Shown: positions 50,322-59,175 of the stretch, piece after piece | How the letters are laid out: every line of letters begins with the position of its first letter | Position numbering within the stretch: the stretch's first letter is position 1 | Sequence record: SRR31156797_5325 | Direction: 5' to 3' (one strand) | Length of the DNA stretch: 64,000 nt | Program-made: the position numbers and the translations under genes | The notes under the pieces: model-generated | What the model was told of the DNA's origin: nothing | The model's input: the letters and a program-made list of their open reading frames with translations, nothing else | Databases searched by the model: none

Positions 50322-50350
50322 CACTAACCGTAATATTGCTATAGTTCCAA
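50322..50350 (-). promoter_or_regulatory. RctB 29-mer autorepression operator at the rctB promoter
   Basis: Minus strand TTGGAACTATAGCAATATTACGGTTAGTG; shares GGAA and ATTACGG boxes with the 39-mers, with a spacer 10 bp shorter. Confidence 0.8.
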
Positions 50351-50515
50351 AAGAATAAAGAAAAAAAGATCATAAATAAAGAAAAAGTTGTTGCTCTTAA
50401 ATAACTGATCTTTTTGATTATAATGATTAATAGTGATTAGAGTGATCTAATGATCAGGGCAGAAAAATCCCTGTAACCAACTGTTTTTGTTTGCTTTATT
50501 TTTTTTCGCTGTCAG
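50351..50515. other. ori2 AT-rich DNA unwinding element with six TGAT/ATCA repeats and a probable IHF site
   Basis: TGAT at 50406, 50415, 50424, 50434, 50443, 50451 (8-10 bp period); IHF-like AACCAActgtTTT near 50475. Confidence 0.75.
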
Positions 50516-50641
50516 AAGCATGATCATGCAACTTCCGAAACTATGATCATTAACTTATTGAAAGCATGATCAATATTATCAAGAACGATGATCATCAAAA
50601 CACTGAAACCATGATCAAAAGTTTCTCATAAGCATGATCAA
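50516..50641. repeat. ori2 array of six 12-mer iterons (GATC-containing RctB sites)
   Basis: AAnnATGATCAW at 50516, 50539, 50562, 50584, 50607, 50630; period 22-23 bp. Confidence 0.95.
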
Positions 50642-50655
50642 GGTACTTACACAAC

Positions 50656-50664
50656 TTATCCACA
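50656..50664 (+). promoter_or_regulatory. DnaA box of ori2
   Basis: TTATCCACA immediately beyond the iteron array. Confidence 0.92.
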
Positions 50665-50728
50665 GTTGCGGTTAAGTTTAAGAAATTAAATAACTCTTCT
50701 TGGTTCACTTTTTCTTTATTTAATCAGG

Positions 50729-51143
50729 AAGCATGATCATGATGTTTCCATTTTTCACGTTGAGCCGTTTACTATTTGCACAAATTGAATTTTCAACCAC
50801 AATAATGATGCTAAGTCGTTACTAGGTCTTATGCCGATAGTTTTTCGAAAGCATGATCATGGTGGTTAAGAGAAACTTTGATTTAGTCATGAATAGACAT
50901 TGTTATATTGATATTTTCGTCAAATTTGGCTCTATCCCCTATTACATCTAACATGTACCGTAATTTGGTCGTCTATTTACATGCTTCCGGTGAAGAGTTA
51001 TCTCTTGATCATTGATCCGTTTAATGATCATTAGATCGATAGCCAGTTTTTCTTACAAGTAACGGTAATTTACCTTGATCATTGTTCCTATTTATCAAAA
51101 TCGGTTCGGAACTATGATCATGATACACTCCTTGATCATGTTT
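50729..51143. repeat. incII region: dispersed 11/12-mer iterons
   Basis: AAGCATGATCAT at 50729 and 50849; CTCTTGATCAT at 51002; TTGATCATTGTT at 51075; AACTATGATCAT at 51110; TTGATCATGTTT at 51132. Confidence 0.85.
50951..50989 (-). promoter_or_regulatory. RctB 39-mer inhibitory site
   Basis: Minus strand CGGAAGCATGTAAAT-agacgacc-AAATTACGGTACATG. Confidence 0.8.
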
Positions 51144-51228
51144 CCAATTGGCTACATTGATATTCTTGGTTTCCTATTGTTAGTGATAAGCTGTTTTTAA
51201 AACAATGAACTCATTAATAGTCAAAATG

Positions 51229-51267
51229 ACACGCTCCGTAATTTATCGAGTGAAGTTAATCGTTCCG
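51229..51267 (-). promoter_or_regulatory. Second RctB 39-mer (rctA-type)
   Basis: CCGTAATTT-N10-GTTAATCGTTCCG aligns without gaps to the first 39-mer core CCGTAATTT-N10-TTACATGCTTCCG; about 40 bp from a parS2. Confidence 0.7.
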
Positions 51268-51309
51268 ACTAAAAATTCTTTTTAATTTGCGTTTATTATT
51301 CAACGAGTG

Positions 51310-51322
51310 TTTACATTGTAAA
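51310..51322. other. parS2 site next to the rctA-type 39-mer, upstream of parA2
   Basis: TTTACA-t-TGTAAA. Confidence 0.85.
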
Positions 51323-51536
51323 TAAGTGACACTGTAATATTTTAATTCTAGGTTAGTTTGCTATGGATAAGTTTAATATTTCTAAAGTGTTTTTTTACCT
51401 ATTTTTTGTGTAATTCATTTAAATGATATTTAAATTTCAATTTAATGTGATTTTTATCTAAAAGTGAATGTTCACCTTTTTATTGTAAATGGTTATTAAT
51501 GCTGTACAATGTTGGACAATAAACTAATAACGGAAA

Positions 51537-52760
51537 TTGGCAATGAAAAGAGAACAAACGATAGATAATCTCTACAAACTCGCCGAGCAGACTCAGCAGG
51601 TTCAGTCCGATCGTATAGAGATTGTTTTGGAAGAGCGTCGTGATGAACACTTCCCTCCTATGTCTAAAGCTTTAATGGAAACGCGTTCGGGATTAACACG
51701 ACGTAAACTTGATGAAGCTATAGCGAAAATGGAAGCTGCAGGCCATCAGTTTACTAAGAATAATGCTAACCATTACTCGATTTCATTATCAGAAGCTCAT
51801 ATGTTGATGGATGCGGCGGGGTTACCGAAGTTTCATGAACGTAAGAAAAACTCAGATAATAAGCCTTGGATTATCAACGTACAGAACCAAAAGGGTGGTA
51901 CGGGTAAATCAATGACAGCTGTACATTTAGCCGCTTGTCTTGCTTTGAATCTTGATAAACGCTATCGCATTTGTTTGATTGACTTAGACCCTCAAGGCTC
52001 ACTACGTCTGTTCTTAAACCCTCAGATTAGTGTGGCTGAACACAGTAATATTTATTCTGCAGTAGACGTTATGTTGGATAACGTACCCGAAGAGGTAGAA
52101 GTCGATACAGAGTTTCTACGTAAGAACGTACTGTTACCAACTCAATATCCGAACCTTAAAACAATTTCTGCATTCCCAGAAGACGCGATGTTCAACGCTG
52201 AAGCATGGCAATATTTGTCGCAAAATCAGTCATTAGACATTGTTCGTCTGCTTAAAGAGAAGCTGATTGACAAAATCGCGGACGATTTCGACGTGATCAT
52301 GATTGATACTGGCCCTCACGTTGATCCATTAGTATGGAATGCAATGTATGCCTCAAACGCTTTGTTGATTCCTTGTGCTGCTAAACGTCTTGACTGGGCT
52401 TCAACGGTTAACTTTTTCCAGCACCTACCAACGGTGTACGAAATGTTCCCAGAAGATTGGAAAGGTCTAGAGTTTGTTCGTCTAATGCCAACCATGTTTG
52501 AAGATGACAACAAGAAGCAGGTTTCTGTACTGACTGAAATGAACTATCTGTTGGGTGACCAGGTGATGATGGCAACGATTCCTCGTAGCCGAGCATTTGA
52601 AACCTGTGCAGATACCTACAGCACAGTGTTTGATTTGACCACCAGCGATTTTGAGGGTGGTAAGAAAACATTGGCAACAGCGCAAGATTCAGTACAAAAG
52701 AGCGCGTTGGAGCTGGAGCGAGTGCTTCATAGTCATTGGAATTCATTAAATCAGGGGTAA
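51537..52760 (+). CDS. parA2: Chromosome 2 partition ATPase ParA2 (type Ia)
   Basis: 407 aa (TTG start; ATG at 51543 also possible); NQKGGTGKS, IDLDPQGS, IDTGP. Confidence 0.95.
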   Translation: MAMKREQTIDNLYKLAEQTQQVQSDRIEIVLEERRDEHFPPMSKALMETRSGLTRRKLDEAIAKMEAAGHQFTKNNANHYSISLSEAHMLMDAAGLPKFHERKKNSDNKPWIINVQNQKGGTGKSMTAVHLAACLALNLDKRYRICLIDLDPQGSLRLFLNPQISVAEHSNIYSAVDVMLDNVPEEVEVDTEFLRKNVLLPTQYPNLKTISAFPEDAMFNAEAWQYLSQNQSLDIVRLLKEKLIDKIADDFDVIMIDTGPHVDPLVWNAMYASNALLIPCAAKRLDWASTVNFFQHLPTVYEMFPEDWKGLEFVRLMPTMFEDDNKKQVSVLTEMNYLLGDQVMMATIPRSRAFETCADTYSTVFDLTTSDFEGGKKTLATAQDSVQKSALELERVLHSHWNSLNQG

Positions 52761-52767
52761 GTAAGTT

Positions 52768-53739
52768 ATGGCAATTAAGACATCTGATCTGAATGCAAAA
52801 TTATTTGGCAAAGTGGATAAGCGCCGTGCAACTACGCCTAAAGAAGCGCAATCCGCAGCAAAAGAGCAGGCTCAGGTTATTGAGCTGGCTGTCGCTGGCG
52901 AGCAAGTGGTTACATTCGAATTATTGCGTATCCCTGCTGACGAAGTTGCTGAGCAAACGTCTGTATTCGCAGCAAACGCACGTGAACAAAGTTTCCTTAA
53001 TGAACATGCGCTATCTGACGTATTAAGTACACTGCGCGACAGAGGCCAGCAATACCCTGCTGTTGGTCGTCGTACCGCTGATGGCACGATTGAAGTGCTT
53101 GATGGTAGCCGTCGTCGAATGTCGTGTATTCTGGCGAATAGAGAGTTCCTGGTTTACGTAGCCGATGATATCAATGCTGAACATGCAAAGTTTTTGTCTG
53201 ATGTTGCTAATGCTCATAAGCCTCTTTCTTTGTATGAGAAAGGCAAAGAGATGCAAGCTAAGCTGGATAGTGGTGAAGCTGAAGATCAGAAAGCACTGGC
53301 CAAAATGTTCCAATGCAGCGAAGCGCTTGTCAGTGGTGCTTTGAAAGCGGCAGCGTTGCCACTAGAACTGCTACAAGCTTATCCAAATGTTGTAGAACTG
53401 GGACGCCCAACCATCGTTAAACTGCATAAACAGTTTAATGAATTGGATGATAAGCAGCGTACTGCGTTACTGAATAAGTGTCACGAAGCCGATGGTTTCG
53501 TGTGGCAGCGTTGCCATTCTCAAGGTGTTGCGCGAATCACTAAGGAAGTGACAGAAACGATTGAAGAGTGGATTCATGATCTGGTTCCACCTAAGCGTAC
53601 GGTTTCAAACAAAGTTGACCTTGTTAAAGGACGAGTCTCTTATGCTCGCAAAGGAAGTAACTTAACGCTTAATTTGAAAAAGGTTGATGATGCTTTAATG
53701 AAAGATATTCTCGAGTATCTGGAAAGTAAAATAGACTAA
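52768..53739 (+). CDS. parB2: Chromosome 2 partition protein ParB2
   Basis: 323 aa; GQQYPAVG, DGSRRR CTPase motif, HTH. Confidence 0.95.
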   Translation: MAIKTSDLNAKLFGKVDKRRATTPKEAQSAAKEQAQVIELAVAGEQVVTFELLRIPADEVAEQTSVFAANAREQSFLNEHALSDVLSTLRDRGQQYPAVGRRTADGTIEVLDGSRRRMSCILANREFLVYVADDINAEHAKFLSDVANAHKPLSLYEKGKEMQAKLDSGEAEDQKALAKMFQCSEALVSGALKAAALPLELLQAYPNVVELGRPTIVKLHKQFNELDDKQRTALLNKCHEADGFVWQRCHSQGVARITKEVTETIEEWIHDLVPPKRTVSNKVDLVKGRVSYARKGSNLTLNLKKVDDALMKDILEYLESKID

Positions 53740-53760
53740 TTTTTCTGTGGTTAAAGAGTA

Positions 53761-53789
53761 AAAAATCCCGCGATTAACGCGGGATTTTT
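53761..53789. terminator. Bidirectional terminator
   Basis: AAAAATCCCGCG-attaa-CGCGGGATTTTT. Confidence 0.88.
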
Positions 53790-53794
53790 GTATG

Positions 53795-54826
53795 TTAGTT
53801 TCTTAAACGCTGCCAGTACTTTTCGTAGATAGCTAGTGCTTCTGGCCCAACATCATTGATGAATTCACCATTGGCAATATCTTCATCTGTCGGGAAGATA
53901 GTGGTGTTATTGCGTAATTCATCGGGTAGCAATGCTCTACCTGTGGTGGTCGCTGACGCATAGCCAAGACTGTTAACGATTTCCGCTTGGTTTTCTGCCT
54001 GATACATAAAGTTAATGAACTTGTGTGCTAATGCTTTATGTTCACTGCCTGATGGAATCGTAAAATTGTCCATCCATAATACGGAACCTTCTGCCGGGAA
54101 AACAAACTTTAGCTCTGGCATATCTACCTGACCTTGGTAGGCGTTACCATTCCACTGCATTCCTAAAGCAGCTTCACCAGACACATACGGAACGTGTGGC
54201 GCATCAGAGTTATACAGTAATACGTTGTCTTTTAATTCAACGAGCGACTGGTATGCTTTTTCAATTTCTTGTTCATTTTTGCTATTGATGCTGAATCCGT
54301 TAAGTTTTAAAGCCATGCCGAACACGTCACGGATATCATCAATAAGCATTACTTGCTGCTCGTATTTCTTATCCCATAAATCAGCCCAGCGTGTCATTCC
54401 TTCAGGAATCATCGCTTCGTTATAACTCATGCCGGTTACACCAAAGATGTACGGTAGTGAGTATTTGTTTTGTGGATCGTGAGCCTGACCTAGTAGCGCC
54501 GGCAAAGTATCTTTCATATTCGGAATTTGGTTGTGGTCGAGTTCAGCAAGTAACCCTTCACGCCCCATTTTTTCGATGAAGTATGCTGAAGCAAATACCA
54601 CATCATAACCTGTACCTTTTAGAAGTTTGAGTTTGGTATACATCGACTCATTGTTTTCAAAAGTAGAGTAGTTAATGGTCACGCCTTGTTGATCTTCAAA
54701 TTGCTTGAGTGATGACTCTGGTAAGTAGCCACCCCATGCGTAGACGTTCAGAGTTGGGCTTTCTGCATAGACTTGTGCCGATGCAATCGTTGCTGATAGA
54801 ACCAATCCTTTGATGAAAGTTTTCAT
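53795..54826 (-). CDS. Orphan polyamine-type (PotD/PotF-like) periplasmic binding protein
   Basis: 343 aa; signal peptide, VYAWGGY, FENNESMYTKL, DPQNKYSLPY, WNG, EGSVLWMD. Confidence 0.85.
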   Translation of the reverse strand: MKTFIKGLVLSATIASAQVYAESPTLNVYAWGGYLPESSLKQFEDQQGVTINYSTFENNESMYTKLKLLKGTGYDVVFASAYFIEKMGREGLLAELDHNQIPNMKDTLPALLGQAHDPQNKYSLPYIFGVTGMSYNEAMIPEGMTRWADLWDKKYEQQVMLIDDIRDVFGMALKLNGFSINSKNEQEIEKAYQSLVELKDNVLLYNSDAPHVPYVSGEAALGMQWNGNAYQGQVDMPELKFVFPAEGSVLWMDNFTIPSGSEHKALAHKFINFMYQAENQAEIVNSLGYASATTTGRALLPDELRNNTTIFPTDEDIANGEFINDVGPEALAIYEKYWQRLRN

Positions 54827-55032
54827 TAAATGTTTTTACCTTATTTATGTCCAGTTGGGGATCGGCAAAATAATTAGGCAAATTGGTTGTTCAATAAAGC
54901 AAATTTAATTTGTCGTCAGGGAAAAAGATTTTGACCTTCAGAGTCAACACACAAGCTAGCAAGAGTTGTTAAATATATTCTGGTTGTTTGGCTGTGGTAA
55001 CATATTGTCATTGACCCTAAAAGCGTAAATCT

Positions 55033-57060
55033 ATGAGCTCTCAATCCAAATACTTCTTGCCCTATTTTTCCTCTCTTCGCCAACTCGCTGCTCAGCAGAA
55101 GTATCGCTATGGCGTTGTGTTAGAGGGGCAGGAACTGTGGAATAAACAAGTATGTCAACGTTGGATCGCTAGCCTACCAAGCAGTACGGTATTTCAACTT
55201 GGCGGCGAACCATTGTCGACAACGCGTTATGTCACATTTAAACAAGGTCAGCAGCTCTTAGGACAAGAGTGTGAACTACTGATCTGTGATTTTAGTGATG
55301 GTTGGGATGCAAACAGTTTTAGTGCCGCATTAGGTACCGTTGTTGGTGGTGGTATCGTCGTCATACTTGGTTTTTCAGCAGATGTTAGTAATCATGCAGA
55401 TCAATGGATGGAACGCGCACTTAAACAGCTTATTCGCTTATCGGAAAACAGCACTTCTGAATTGTCGTCGGTCTGTTGTGAGAGTTCTGATATCGACTTC
55501 TCTCAACAACATCTCGCGATTGAAAATATTGTTCGAGTGGTCGAAGGCCATCGTAAACGTCCACTAGTGCTAACCGCAGACAGAGGACGAGGCAAAAGTA
55601 GTTCGTTGGGGTTGGCGGCCGCAAAGCTGATGAAACAACGAGACATCAACATACTGGTCACAGCACCTAACTTATCTGCGGTTAAGCCGGTATTTCAGTT
55701 TGCAGAGCATTCATTAGTTGACGCGGTAGTTAAGCGGGGAAGTGTCGAGACTCAATCATCCAGTCTACGATTTATTGCTCCAGATGAGTTACTTTTACAG
55801 CGGCCAGAATGTGATTTACTGTTAGTCGATGAAGCGGCATCAATACCATTACCCATGCTCGAAGCTATGGTTGAGAATTATCACCGTACTGTCTTTTCTT
55901 CGACGATTAATGGTTATGAAGGTTGTGGTCGAGGTTTTACTTTAAAGTTCCAACACTGGTTGAAGTCTGTTAGAACGGGCAGCAAGTTTCAAAATATTTC
56001 GCAGCCAATTCGCTGGAACCTAGGTGATCCGCTGGAAGCATGGCATCGCGATAGCTTTTTACTTGATTTTGAATTTGAATCTATCGAGCAGAAAATTGAT
56101 ACCGCCAATATCGAATACCGAATGGTTGATAAGGATGAGTTAGTCGCCAAACCGGATCTGACACATCACATCTTTAGTTTACTTGTTAACGCTCATTATC
56201 AGACTTCTCCTAATGACCTATTTCATTTGCTGAGTGACCCATCGATTAACGTTCATATTGCGATTGGTGACGGTCGCGTCGTTGCCTGCATACTCTCTGT
56301 TGCAGAAGGTAATCTGGATGATGAGTTGATCGTAGCGATTCAAAATGGAGAGCGTCGCCCAAGAGGGCATTTAACTCCAGTGACATTAGCCAACCAGTTG
56401 GGTTTCGCAAAAGCGGCTAAACAATCAAGCTCCCGTATTATGCGAATAGCCGTTCATCCTGACTTGCAGAATATGGGGATTGGTGGTCAGTTTGTTGATT
56501 GGTTTGTTGGTCAGCAAGCTTGTGACTATGTGTCTACTTGTTTTGGTGCAACAGCGTCTCTCGTGAAGTTCTGGCAAAAGTGTGGATTCCACGCGGTTAA
56601 AATCGGATCTCAGCGAGACCAATCGAGCGGATGTTTTTCACTGGTGATGGTTAAAGGCGAGGCTCTTGAATGGTTAGCTGATGCAACAACACACTTCTTC
56701 GCACATTTTGTTCACGAGCTTCCCGATTCTTTAAAACTTATTGAATTTGATCTGGTTAAGGTGTTACTTGCTCAGTTGCGAATCGCAAACCCAAACCTAC
56801 CGCTGAAGTTACTAGAGCAATATTCTCGCGGCGGTGCAAACTACGAGTCTATTGCTGTTTGGCTACACCAGTTCTTACTATCCTTACCAACAGACCATTT
56901 TAATCACGTTTCGGATTTAATGATGGGTAAAGTGTTACTTCGAATGTCATGGACACAGTGCGCGCAGAAGTTTCATTTGGCGGGGAGAAAACAAATAGAA
57001 AATACGATGAAGCGGGAGTTAGCAGAGTTAATTTACAATTTACACTGTAAAACAACTTAG
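55033..57060 (+). CDS. tmcA: tRNA(Met) cytidine acetyltransferase TmcA
   Basis: 675 aa; TADRGRGKSS, VDEAA, STINGYEGCGRGF, AHYQTSPNDL, RIAVHP GNAT. Confidence 0.9.
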   Translation: MSSQSKYFLPYFSSLRQLAAQQKYRYGVVLEGQELWNKQVCQRWIASLPSSTVFQLGGEPLSTTRYVTFKQGQQLLGQECELLICDFSDGWDANSFSAALGTVVGGGIVVILGFSADVSNHADQWMERALKQLIRLSENSTSELSSVCCESSDIDFSQQHLAIENIVRVVEGHRKRPLVLTADRGRGKSSSLGLAAAKLMKQRDINILVTAPNLSAVKPVFQFAEHSLVDAVVKRGSVETQSSSLRFIAPDELLLQRPECDLLLVDEAASIPLPMLEAMVENYHRTVFSSTINGYEGCGRGFTLKFQHWLKSVRTGSKFQNISQPIRWNLGDPLEAWHRDSFLLDFEFESIEQKIDTANIEYRMVDKDELVAKPDLTHHIFSLLVNAHYQTSPNDLFHLLSDPSINVHIAIGDGRVVACILSVAEGNLDDELIVAIQNGERRPRGHLTPVTLANQLGFAKAAKQSSSRIMRIAVHPDLQNMGIGGQFVDWFVGQQACDYVSTCFGATASLVKFWQKCGFHAVKIGSQRDQSSGCFSLVMVKGEALEWLADATTHFFAHFVHELPDSLKLIEFDLVKVLLAQLRIANPNLPLKLLEQYSRGGANYESIAVWLHQFLLSLPTDHFNHVSDLMMGKVLLRMSWTQCAQKFHLAGRKQIENTMKRELAELIYNLHCKTT

Positions 57061-57085
57061 TCTATGTTGGTGTTTACACTGTAAA
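57039..57085. other. Pair of parS2 sites, one inside the tmcA 3' end
   Basis: TTTACACTGTAAA at 57039-57051 and 57073-57085. Confidence 0.85.
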
Positions 57086-57151
57086 TCGAGTTTATATTTG
57101 GGGTGTTTTTTATATTTTTCAGTGGTTTATATTTTCTTAGCTTGAGTAAAT

Positions 57152-58828
57152 TTACACCATGCACTTTATTCGAAAGTGACTGGTATTGGAAACGTTGAGC
57201 GCGTGTTCTTCGGAGAGCGGCTTAGAAATATAGTAGCCTTGGTAAGCCGAAGCGTTAACGGATGACAGTTCAATAATCATATCCAAAGTTTCAATACCTT
57301 CAATTGTCATACTCATATTTTTACTCGTACAAAGAGAAGATAAGTACTGAATATATCCCAATGCTTCTTTTTCCGTTAGCGCTTGATTGGTTAACTCTTT
57401 ATCTATTTTAAGGATATTAAAAGGCAGTTTAAACAGTGAGGTTACTGAACTGTAGCCTGCGCCAAAATCATCCATCGCGAGAGGAAATCCCATGTCTGCG
57501 AGAATGGTCAGTCTTTCATTGACTTGTTGATTGTTATCGATCAGTACTGACTCTGTCAGTTCAATGACGATTTGCTCAGGTTTCACGTTTTTCTCTCTTG
57601 CTATTTGTTGCAAGCATCGTGGAAATGAATCATCAAGAAGTTGTAATGCGGAGATATTGACATGAACTTTGGTATTACTGCTCCACTTGTTATTGTACTT
57701 AACAATGAAGTCGGCAGACTTTTCAAACACCTTTTTACCTAGCTTTGATATTAGGCCTAATCTTTCCGCAACAGGGATGAACTCATCTGGGCGAATAAAA
57801 CCAAATTGAGCTGTGTTCCATCTTGCCAATGCTTCAAAGGAAATTAGCTGCATGGTATGCACATCGATAATAGGCTGCAAATAAATGGAGATGTCGTTAT
57901 CTTCAATGGCTTGTTTAATGTTGTTTTCAACGTAAAAGTATCGCTCAATTTCTGGCTTTACCTGGTCGTTGTAGATTACCCAGTTTTGAGAAGATTGCTC
58001 AAACGCGTATTCGCAGGTTTGATATGAAGAGTTAATAATATTTTCCGGTGTCTCTTCTTTATCAGTACTGGCGTAAATCCCCAAGTAGACATCGCCAAAG
58101 TAGGAAATGGTATTTTCAGTGTTGCGGTTAAATGCCTCAATAAACTGAGTTGCTAATAAAGCCAGTTCGCTATCTGGAAGAGTATCAAGAATTAACAGTG
58201 TGAACGTGTCTAATGACGTGCGGTAGCAGCGGCTGTTGTGGCTTTCAAACACATCGAAACAGGATAGAAAGTTGTCTACAAAATCCGTCAGAATAAACTC
58301 GCTGTACTGACTGATATAAGATTTTACACTCGTCGCATGAACCGTGATTAGGGTGACGTTCGTAGAGCGATAAGATAAATCTGACTTGAGTTTTTCTCTG
58401 TTAGGTAAGTTCGTGTATTTATCGTAGTAGGCAAGGTGACGAATGGAGTTTTCCAGTTCTTTTTGTTCGGTAATGTCTCTATGGTTGCCAACCATATATT
58501 CCCCGTCACCATCAACTTTGTTAATCCCTGTGGCTTCTATCCAGATATAACTGCCGTCTTTGTTCTTTACTCGATACTGGGTAATGACGCGAGTTTCATC
58601 TCCAACCGCTTTGACATGGGAGTTAACGTTAGTAGCAAAAGGGTTTTTGTCTTCTGGGTGTATTAAGTCAATCCAGTGATCCAAAGTTGTGTTGGTCTCT
58701 GGTAAATCAAATTGTTGATAGAAACTTTGGTTATAAAATGCAACCTTTAGATCAGGTGTCATTATCCATAACCCCTCAACTGCGGAGACGAATATGCTCT
58801 CAATTCGGCGCTGGATCAGCTTGTCCAT
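57152..58828 (-). CDS. PAS - degenerate GGDEF - EAL c-di-GMP phosphodiesterase
   Basis: 558 aa; IHPED PAS, YDKYTNLPNR, GGDEF replaced by SLDTF; intact EAL, ELTES, DDFGAG, KIDK, EGIE. Confidence 0.88.
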   Translation of the reverse strand: MDKLIQRRIESIFVSAVEGLWIMTPDLKVAFYNQSFYQQFDLPETNTTLDHWIDLIHPEDKNPFATNVNSHVKAVGDETRVITQYRVKNKDGSYIWIEATGINKVDGDGEYMVGNHRDITEQKELENSIRHLAYYDKYTNLPNREKLKSDLSYRSTNVTLITVHATSVKSYISQYSEFILTDFVDNFLSCFDVFESHNSRCYRTSLDTFTLLILDTLPDSELALLATQFIEAFNRNTENTISYFGDVYLGIYASTDKEETPENIINSSYQTCEYAFEQSSQNWVIYNDQVKPEIERYFYVENNIKQAIEDNDISIYLQPIIDVHTMQLISFEALARWNTAQFGFIRPDEFIPVAERLGLISKLGKKVFEKSADFIVKYNNKWSSNTKVHVNISALQLLDDSFPRCLQQIAREKNVKPEQIVIELTESVLIDNNQQVNERLTILADMGFPLAMDDFGAGYSSVTSLFKLPFNILKIDKELTNQALTEKEALGYIQYLSSLCTSKNMSMTIEGIETLDMIIELSSVNASAYQGYYISKPLSEEHALNVSNTSHFRIKCMV

Positions 58829-59041
58829 ATCAATGAATTTCCTTATCTCACTGATTTATTCAATTTACCGTACGAAAAACTAGACCATATATGCGCATTT
58901 TTGTCCATCTATAGGCCTGTTTTTTGCTAGAAACTTTAAGCCAACAACAATGTTTTTGCCGTTATAAGGCAAACGGTATAAATGGCCTTATATGGTATAG
59001 CTGCTGGTAATGTTTAAATCGCCGCTAGTTTACCTAGCCTA

Positions 59042-59054
59042 TTTACACTGTAAA
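59042..59054. other. parS2 site
   Basis: TTTACACTGTAAA. Confidence 0.85.
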
Positions 59055-59175
59055 GTGGTATTTATCTTGAAAGTTGTTTGATAAAGTGACCAAAGCCAGA
59101 ATTTAAACAGAGAATTATTTGGTGTATGTCTCATGTTCGATACACTGAGTAATCAATGATGCGTGCCGTTAGGGT

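Noticed and set aside
50516-50641. Regularly spaced short repeats resembling a mini CRISPR array
   Set aside because: 12-bp GATC-containing repeats with 10-11 bp spacers beside rctB and a DnaA box are ori2 iterons; no cas genes are present
51150-51330. rctA as a discrete gene or RNA
   Set aside because: The 39-mer and parS2 expected within it are present, but transcript or ORF boundaries cannot be defined from the sequence
51326-51338. GTGACACTGTAAT as an extra parS2
   Set aside because: Three mismatches to the palindrome; too degenerate to call
58829-59175. c-di-GMP riboswitch or sRNA between the PDE and FapA-like genes
   Set aside because: Only a weak hairpin near 58963-58992; no recognisable aptamer motif
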